NCBI RefSeq assembly: GCF_001194135.2
Contig: NC_068981.1
Span: 64,361,358 to 64,425,357, forward strand
Source: Octopus bimaculoides
Lineage: Eukaryota
DNA: 64,000 bases
Reading direction: 5' to 3'
The notes beneath the pieces are model-generated. The model was given only the letters and a program-made list of their open reading frames with translations. It made no database searches and was not told where the DNA came from. Positions 54,724-64,000 of this stretch are shown here, piece by piece; position 1 is the stretch's first letter; each line of letters begins with the position of its first letter. Made by a program: the position numbers and the translations under genes.

Positions 54724-56326
54724 TATATATATNNNNNNNNNNNNNNNNNNNNNNNNNNNNNNNNNNNNNNNNNNNNNNNNNNNNNNNNNNNNNNNNNNNN
54801 NNNNNNNNNNNNNNNNNNNNNNNNNNNNNNNNNNNNNNNNNNNNNNNNNNNNNNNNNNNNNNNNNNNNNNNNNNNNNNNNNNNNNNNNNNNNNNNNNNNN
54901 NNNNNNNNNNNNNNNNNNNNNNNNNNNNNNNNNNNNNNNNNNNNNNNNNNNNNNNNNNNNNNNNNNNNNNNNNNNNNNNNNNNNNNNNNNNNNNNNNNNN
55001 NNNNNNNNNNNNNNNNNNNNNNNNNNNNNNNNNNNNNNNNNNNNNNNNNNNNNNNNNNNNNNNNNNNNNNNNNNNNNNNNNNNNNNNNNNNNNNNNNNNN
55101 NNNNNNNNNNNNNNNNNNNNNNNNNNNNNNNNNNNNNNNNNNNNNNNNNNNNNNNNNNNNNNNNNNNNNNNNNNNNNNNNNNNNNNNNNNNNNNNNNNNN
55201 NNNNNNNNNNNNNNNNNNNNNNNNNNNNNNNNNNNNNNNNNNNNNNNNNNNNNNNNNNNNNNNNNNNNNNNNNNNNNNNNNNNNNNNNNNNNNNNNNNNN
55301 NNNNNNNNNNNNNNNNNNNNNNNNNNNNNNNNNNNNNNNNNNNNNNNNNNNNNNNNNNNNNNNNNNNNNNNNNNNNNNNNNNNNNNNNNNNNNNNNNNNN
55401 NNNNNNNNNNNNNNNNNNNNNNNNNNNNNNNNNNNNNNNNNNNNNNNNNNNNNNNNNNNNNNNNNNNNNNNNNNNNNNNNNNNNNNNNNNNNNNNNNNNN
55501 NNNNNNNNNNNNNNNNNNNNNNNNNNNNNNNNNNNNNNNNNNNNNNNNNNNNNNNNNNNNNNNNNNNNNNNNNNNNNNNNNNNNNNNNNNNNNNNNNNNN
55601 NNNNNNNNNNNNNNNNNNNNNNNNNNNNNNNNNNNNNNNNNNNNNNNNNNNNNNNNNNNNNNNNNNNNNNNNNNNNNNNNNNNNNNNATATATATATATA
55701 TATATAGGGAGACAGACAGACAAAGGCAGATTATGCAAAAAGTGAGTGAGATAGTGACGGCTGATATGTCGAAAAGTAGAGGTGCCACTCATTTGACGCG
55801 TGATGCGTTACACTCCAGACACTTGACCATATGCATGACGACTGTACTGTTCAACATATATAGAAGAAATTGTTTGATGGTCAGCATTGTTTCTATTTGG
55901 AATACGAATCATAACAATATCAAGTAAAATCAGTAATAAGAATAAATATGTCTGGAAAATTTTCTTATTATTGTACTCAAAAAGGCCAACAATAATCCTG
56001 AAAGAAGATTATTTTGTATTAAATCGCCAATCTTAAAACTTAGACTTGTTGAATTAGAAATTGAAACTGATAGAGAGGAATGTTTCAAAGAGAGAAATAC
56101 TTGACTACAAAATGAAAGTAATATGTCTATAGCATCGAATGTCTCAGAAATGACGGTGTTCAAACACATGCACTGACACATAGAAATGGAATAAAGAAAT
56201 GCGAAGTTAACATATTTTGAAAATATTGGTTTTAGTGAGTTGTCATGACTTTCCGAAGAGAATTGGTTTGTGTACGTTTCTGTGTGTGTTTCTGTCTATG
56301 TGTGCGAGTATATAAACCTCTCTCTG

Positions 56327-56383
<57 letters not shown>

Positions 56384-57478
56384 TATAGTTTCTTTACTAG
56401 TTGAAGTAAGAATGGAGTCTTGGTCGGCACGGTTGGGAATAAAACCACCGAAGCTAAATTCTTCAAAACGAAAACCCCTTCTGGGTAAGATGGATTTATC
56501 TTCCTCTGAAGGGTTCCAGTTGTGTCCGAAAAGAGGCAGTTTATGTACGATTTATCTTCACTAGTTAGCAAGCGGTGACGTCTATGTCTCCAACATGAAT
56601 TTTCTCTCATGAGTGCCCCGACCGAAGCACTTCACTTCTGGAATTAAAAAAAACCTACGTATCAAACGAATTCTTTGAGATTCTTGCCCTCTCAACCAAG
56701 CAGAGTTTTTATCTCCTAATCCGGTTGTGGTATGGCCCGGGCTATTCAAAGAGCTTACATTTAATCCTGTATGGCTTTCCCATTTAATCGGATATAGCTT
56801 CCATTTCATCCTCTATGGCCCAGTTTAATAAAAGAAATTAGTAAACGCCTCTAAACTCCGAACAGAGGCATGCTCTTCACTGCGAATAAGGTCGAATTAA
56901 TCTCCGACTGACGTCTAACAAGGCAATCCACTGGGCTCCATTTTCTTTACTTTCGAGATAGACGGCTTTGCTTGCAGCATCACGGCTTCTTTCAATGTCT
57001 GGCAGCTGTCCGATGCGACGATAGGTGAGTCTGCAGAGAACAGCTATCGATGATTCTCGCTCTGTCGAGAATCATCCTCCGACTTACTTTGTCCAAGTCA
57101 GAGATCGTGAACGTCAAATACGGCGTAGAGATCCTCGCAGCCTTCACACTAAACGTGTGATTATTATTCCACCACGTGCAGGTAAACCCGAAAGAGTTAA
57201 CATCTTAATTTTTGGTGCACCAATGCTTCCACTTACCATTTGCTCTATCTTCACGCCCACTCTTCTCCAGCACGGAATTCTGATGAGCAGATTGAACGTG
57301 ATCGACGTCCATCGAGCATTGCACGAAATCCATTTGCAGCCGTCATGTGTTTGTATATGAATACGATTTACACGCACTTTTACACTCACACATGCATACA
57401 CACAGGCACGGACAAACATTCACTGACACACACAACACACACAGAGGCACGGCACGCATACAAATTGTGAGTTTATAG

Positions 57479-57577
<99 letters not shown>

Positions 57578-58549
57578 TGTGTACCTTTGTATCGCAGTTT
57601 CTCCACCTACCACAGCTAGGCAACCGGTGTTGATGTTTTTACTCCTCCGTAACTTAGAAGTTCGGCAAAAGACATTGATAAATTAAGTAATATGCTTAGA
57701 AATGGAAGGCCTAGGGTAGATTAGTCAGAATAAAACCCTTCAAGACGGTGCTCCATCAGGAGCACAGTCAAATGACTGAAATAAGTAAACGATATAACAT
57801 AAAAGATACTTATATACATACTTGCATACATACATACATGTCTAGATATACAACTAATTACATGAGGATACATACATAAGACATACAAATCTGCACATAC
57901 CTACCTACATACATACATACATACATACATACATAAATGCATACATACCTACCTACATACATACATACATACATATATACATACGTATATACAACAGAAA
58001 GACCTTGTTGTTAATGATGAAATTCCAATGAAGGAGACTTGGATTTAGGTTATACACCGGTTCTTTCTCTATTGGCAAGAAATCTTGAAATAAACTGAAA
58101 AGCATACATACACGCATACATACATACATACATACATACATGCATGCATGCATGTATACATACATACATGCATACATACATACATACATACATGCATGCA
58201 TGCATACATACATACATACATACATACATACTTACATGCATGCATACATACATACATACACACATGCACACACACATACATATATATAAATATAAGATCA
58301 AATGAAACCCAAGACCAACAATAGAAGTGAGTTGCAGGAAGCTAGCTGGTTGCTATAGCAACACCCGTCTGCGCATGTCCACTCCGTACACGTTCACACA
58401 CACGCATATCGGCAACATTCGTCAATTTCTTGAAAATGGGGTCATAACACCGAAATATTGAATGCAAGGTAAGTATAGATTAATTCACATATTTGTTTTC
58501 TTGTGATTTACCTTACTCACGATCATTTATACAATATATACAACATTTA

Positions 58550-58870
58550 GGCGTAGGAGTGGCTGTGTCGTAAGTAGCTTACCCACCAACCACATGGTTC
58601 CGGGTTCACTCCCACTTCATGGCACCTTGGGCAAGTGTCTTCTGCTATAGCTTCGGGCCGACCGAAGCCTTGTGAGAGGATTTGGTAGACGGAAGCAGAA
58701 AGAAGCCCTTCGTATATATGTATGCTGGTGTGTTTACGTCCCCATAACTTAGCGGTTCGGCAAAAGTATCCTATAGAGTAAATACTAGGCTTACAAAGTC
58801 CTGGGGTCGATTTGCTCGTCTAGTGATACTCCAGCATGGCCACAGTCAAATGACTGAAACAAGTAAAAGA
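58550..58870 (+). mobile_element. Family-2 SINE (internally deleted)
   Basis: ggcgtaggagtggctgtgtcgtaag...gggttcactccc...cagtcaaatgactgaaacaagtaaaaga. Partial copies also occur at about 4580-4795, 43255-43410 and 57590-57795. Confidence 0.85.
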
Positions 58871-58886
58871 ACAAAAGAAAGAAAAG

Positions 58887-58959
<73 letters not shown>

Positions 58960-59725
58960 TTATGTATGTTTGTATGTATGTATGTATGTATGTATGTATA
59001 TGCACGCACAGTTGTATAGGCCTACAAACATGTGAGTATAAATGTGTAAATCTATGTGTATTTGAGTATAGGTATGTATCTGTCTAGTCTTATTGATTCT
59101 GTTTAGATTATTCGTGTTTTTGTCAGTTTATAAGCGCCGTTACTCACTTAGTAGAAAGCGGTAAATCTATGCAAATCAACAAATGCTTGCCTTTCTTAAA
59201 ACTAGCATGTCTCGTGTTAATACTACCCCATCGCGAGCAACATCTGAGTCGGCAGATTCTTAATATCATAGCTAATCCTTTCCTTATAAACATCTTGAAG
59301 AATATAGAAGGAAAGGAAATGCAAGAAATCGTCCATAACCACATATACACACAGACGTGCGCGCACACAGCCCCACACTCGTATATGTATATATGTATGT
59401 GTGTGTATGTATATAAGTGTACATATACGTATATGTATTTTTGCATATATATATATATGTGTATATATGTGTATATGTGCGTGTGTGTGTGTGCGCATAT
59501 GGATATGTATGTGTAATATAAACATGTGCTTATAAATATATATATATATACGTATGTATATATNNNNNNNNNNNNNNNNNNNNNNNNNNNNNNNNNNNNN
59601 NNNNNNNNNNNNNNNNNNNNNNNNNNNNNNNNNNNNNNNNNNNNNNNNNNNNNNNNNNNNNNNNNNNNNNNNNNNNNNNNNNNNNNNNNNNNNNNNNNNN
59701 NNNNNNNNNNNNNNNNNNNNNNNNN

Positions 59726-59758
<33 letters not shown>

Positions 59759-60444
59759 ATATATATGCATGTATGTATGTATGTATGTATTTATATATGT
59801 GCGCGATTGTTTGACTAATTTTAGAGAAGCCGTTCTTAAGTAAAATAGCAGAGTTTATTCATCTAGTGGCTATACTCAACAGCGTGTCATGATCTGTCGA
59901 AACTTCGTGATAACAAGTCACCGAAGATTGAAAGTGAAAGTAAGAACTGAAGTGAAATTAGAAAATGAAAAGCAGAGAAATTAAAAGCTTTGTGTTGTGT
60001 TGGACAGAGTGATTATATTGTTATAAACGGAAATCTAAATGCATTTGGTGGTAATGACGGAAGAGGTTTCACGAGGTTTCACGAGGTTTCACGAGGTTTT
60101 ACAGTGGCTTGAGAATGATGTGGTTGGTGTGGATTGGGACCGGGAGAGATAGAAGCAGGGATTGGGAGAGATCTCTAAATGTGGATAGAGATTGATGTCG
60201 AGTTCATGATGTCACATTTTTGCTTCCGTTGCCGCTCTTCTAAATTTCCAATTACTGATACGGCGTTGAATTATTGGACGGTGTAATGATGACGGCGGCG
60301 GCGGCGGTGGCGGTGATGGCGGTGATGGCGGCGGCGACAACGACGACGGTGACGGTAATGAAAATGGTGATATGATGATGATGGCGATGACGGTGACGGC
60401 GATGACGGTGACGACGATGACGATTACACGGACAACGACAATGG

Positions 60445-60481
<37 letters not shown>

Positions 60482-60561
60482 AATGATGAGATGATAACGA
60501 CAATGATGATAATGACGATTGATTATGACGACGAACGATGACGGTGACGATGATGATGATC

Positions 60562-60620
<59 letters not shown>

Positions 60621-61878
60621 AGTGATGATGAGGAGGAAGGGGAGGAGGTGTAGGGGAGGAGGAGTAGGNNNNNNNNNNNNNNNNNNNNNNNNNNNNNNNN
60701 NNNNNNNNNNNNNNNNNNNNNNNNNNNNNNNNNNNNNNNNNNNNNNNNNNNNNNNNNNNNNNNNNNNNNNNNNNNNNNNNNNNNNNNNNNNNNNNNNNNN
60801 NNNNNNNNNNNNNNNNNNNNNNNNNNNNNNNNNNNNNNNNNNNNNNNNNNNNNNNNNNNNNNNNNNNNNNNNNNNNNNNNNNNNNNNNNNNNNNNNNNNN
60901 NNNNNNNNNNNNNNNNNNNNNNNNNNNNNNNNNNNNNNNNNNNNNNNNNNNNNNNNNNNNNNNNNNNNNNNNNNNNNNNNNNNNNNNNNNNNNNNNNNNN
61001 NNNNNNNNNNNNNNNNNNNNNNNNNNNNNNNNNNNNNNNNNNNNNNNNNNNNNNNNNNNNNNNNNNNNNNNNNNNNNNNNNNNNNNNNNNNNNNNNNNNN
61101 NNNNNNNNNNNNNNNNNNNNNNNNNNNNNNNNNNNNNNNNNNNNNNNNNNNNNNNNNNNNNNNNNNNNNNNNNNNNNNNNNNNNNNNNNNNNNNNNNNNN
61201 NNNNNNNNNNNNNNNNNNNNNNNNNNNNNNNNNNNNNNNNNNNNNNNNNNNNNNNNNNNNNNNNNNNNNNNNNNNNNNNNNNNNNNNNNNNNNNNNNNNN
61301 NNNNNNNNNNNNNNNNNNNNNNNNNNNNNNNNNNGAGGAGGAGGAGGAGGAGGAGGAGGAGGAGGAGGAGGATCATGATGATAGCAAGAAGGAAAAGGTG
61401 TAGAAAAATTTCGATATTAGAGCAATGTGCGATTAAGTCGTTGAAATCGATGGCGGGTGACGTGGTGTTGCGTATACAATGTAATTCTGCTGAAACTTAA
61501 GATTATGGTGGCGTATAAGAAGGTGTTGTAATAGGGAATGAGGTGCGATCGAATAACACATTTTGTTGCTGTGGTCATGATGGTGGTGGTGGTGGTGGTG
61601 GTAAATATGGGGTTGATGTTGATAGCAATGGGATTGGAAATGACAACGATGAAAGTGGGGGTGATAAGGATGAAGACGATGACATTATGAATATACAAAG
61701 TATGGTGTGTGCATGTATGTGTTTGTGCGTATGTGTGTGTGTATGTGTGTGTGTGTGTGTGTCTTTGTGTGTTTGAGAGTATGAGAGAGAAAAAGACGGA
61801 TGGGGATGGAAGTGTTGAAATAACCAGGAAAAAAGGGATGAGAATAAGGTGATTGAGATTTACTAGAAAGTGGAGGAG

Positions 61879-62130
61879 AAGAAGAGGAAGAAGGAGGAGA
61901 AGAAGAGGAAGAAGGAGGAGAAGAAGAGGAAGAAGGAGGAGAAGAAGAGGAAGAAGGAGGAGAAGAAGAGGAAGAAGGAGGATAAGAAGTGGAAGAAGGA
62001 GGAGAAGAAGAGGAAGAAGGAGGAGAAGAAGAGGAAGAAGGAGGAGAAGAAGAGGAAGAAGGAGGAGAAGAAGAGGAAGAAGGAGGAGAAGAAGAGGAAG
62101 AAGGAGGAGAAGAAGATGAAGAAGGAGGAG
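61879..62130 (+). repeat. 21-bp purine minisatellite x12 (AAGAAGAGGAAGAAGGAGGAG)
   Basis: Twelve units can be read directly (KKRKKEE repeats in translation), with four point variants. Confidence 0.9.
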
Positions 62131-63125
62131 TAGGTGGAGACACAGGAAGAAGAAAAAGCAGAAAGAAGAAGACTGATAATTAAATAATAATAATAATTAT
62201 CATTATTATCATTATTATTATTATTTTATGTTTGACTTTTGTTTTGCATTTGTACAAGTTGGATCCAAGTCTCACCCAGAGACCTCAAGAGACAACAAGT
62301 TAGAAGTTCATGTAGGTGTTATGCCTAGGGTACCATATATTTGGATTTGTACAGTTTTGTTCAAGTGAATGTTTAAGAAACCATAAGAAAATTATGTGTT
62401 TGCTTTAAAATTTGAGATCACATAAACAGTATTTTACGTAGGATATGGGCAGTTCCCATGAGCACTATCTTTTGAACTTCAGCCATTTTGGGGTTTCCTG
62501 GAATCTGATCTAGGTAGTAATCAGCCCGTTTCGCTGNNNNNNNNNNNNNNNNNNNNNNNNNNNNNNNNNNNNNNNNNNNNNNNNNNNNNNNNNNNNNNNN
62601 NNNNNNNNNNNNNNNNNNNNNNNNNNNNNNNNNNNNNNNNNNNNNNNNNNNNNNNNNNNNNNNNNNNNNNNNNNNNNNNNNNNNNNNNNNNNNNNNNNNN
62701 NNNNNNNNNNNNNNNNNNNNNNNNNNNNNNNNNNNNNNNNNNNNNNNNNNNNNNNNNNNNNNNNNNNNNNNNNNNNNNNNNNNNNNNNNNNNNNNNNNNN
62801 NNNNNNNNNNNNNNNNNNNNNNNNNNNNNNNNNNNNNNNNNNNNNNNNNNNNNNNNNNNNNNNNNNNNNNNNNNNNNNNNNNNNNNNNNNNNNNNNNNNN
62901 NNNNNNNNNNNNNNNNNNNNNNNNNNNNNNNNNNNNNNNNNNNNNNNNNNNNNNNNNNNNNNNNNNNNNNNNNNNNNNNNNNNNNNNNNNNNNNNNNNNN
63001 NNNNNNNNNNNNNNNNNNNNNNNNNNNNNNNNNNNNNNNNNNNNNNNNNNNNNNNNNNNNNNNNNNNNNNNNNNNNNNNNNNNNNNNNNNNNNNNNNNNN
63101 NNNNNNNNNNNNNNNNNNNNNNNNN

Positions 63126-63213
<88 letters not shown>

Positions 63214-63636
63214 AAGAAGAAGAAGAAGAAGAAGAAGAAGAAGAAGAAGAAGAAGAAGAAGAAGAAGAAGAAGAAGAAGAAGAAGAAGAAGGGGAGATTA
63301 CATATTAATAAGCATGAACAGGAAAGGAATAAGGAAAACAGGGAAACGATGGTAAGAACTGATAAAATGTTTAGATACGTAGCATTACATGTGTGCTTCT
63401 ATGTTTGACAGGTATATGAGAATGTCTGTGCATGTATGTATGTATGTATGTAGGTACGTGTGTCTGTTTGTATCTAGATGAATGAGACGAATGGAAAAGG
63501 AAATGATCTATGCATGGCTGAGCATGCGTAGTTGTGTGGTTATATAGCAGTTATATGTATAAACATGGTCATACACAACTACATTTATTCGTATATATAA
63601 CGATATATTGATATATATATATATATATACATATGT

Positions 63637-63674
<38 letters not shown>

Positions 63675-64000
63675 ATGTGTATTTCTTTGAGTTCGCATGT
63701 GTGCATGCATGTATGCAATTACATGCATACATGCATGTAAGTATGATGCTTGTATGTATATGATGTATGTATATCCATTCTGTGTATAAACATATATGCA
63801 TATAACTAAGGTGAAATAAGGGCTACCAAAATATCAGAGAGTAAACTGCGGAAAGGAGAATTTTAGACAAACAATGGGGATTGCTAGAGGAAATATATGA
63901 AAATAGGTTTCGTAACCATATGTAACTTATGTAAATGTACGTAATTATTTTACAGTCACACACATACACACACACAAGATAGATATATGTACATATATAT

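Noticed and set aside
57318-57338. IARNPFA on the + strand, resembling the T-box C-terminal KIxxNPFAKGF
   Set aside because: It is on the wrong strand for the Tbx20 gene, the flanks lack LK...KGFR, and no other T-box sequence is adjacent.
57280-57345. CTGATGA...GAAA hammerhead-like cores
   Set aside because: Stem II does not close next to the core, and no stem III or stem I partner can be formed.

Overview
AT-rich, microsatellite-saturated eukaryotic DNA with about 20 N-gaps (~7.5 kb). The SINE, MITE and microsatellite content looks like an octopod cephalopod (Octopus-like) draft scaffold; this is recognition from memory, not a database result. Almost every ORF in the supplied track is a translated microsatellite or gap. 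The one supportable host gene is the 3' part of a Tbx20 (H15/midline-type) T-box gene on the minus strand. It has a 110-nt post-T-box exon (52642-52751) that splices in phase, across a ~31 kb intron, to a poly-Ala terminal coding exon (21083-21510). The T-box exons themselves are not visible and probably lie beyond position 64000. The end of the terminal exon has been partially duplicated twice. One copy (20339-20539) keeps the frame and has a phase-compatible acceptor and a new AATAAA. The rest of the window is transposon debris: three tRNA-derived SINE families, mariner/Tc1 derivatives, hAT- and TTAA-type MITEs, Penelope-like (GIY-YIG) fragments and a gag-like zinc-knuckle relic. The most striking non-coding structure is a 65-bp near-perfect inverted repeat (53523-53663). 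Each arm reads as a minimal type I hammerhead ribozyme on opposite strands, and it sits beside a second ~310-bp fold-back just upstream of the Tbx20 exon.
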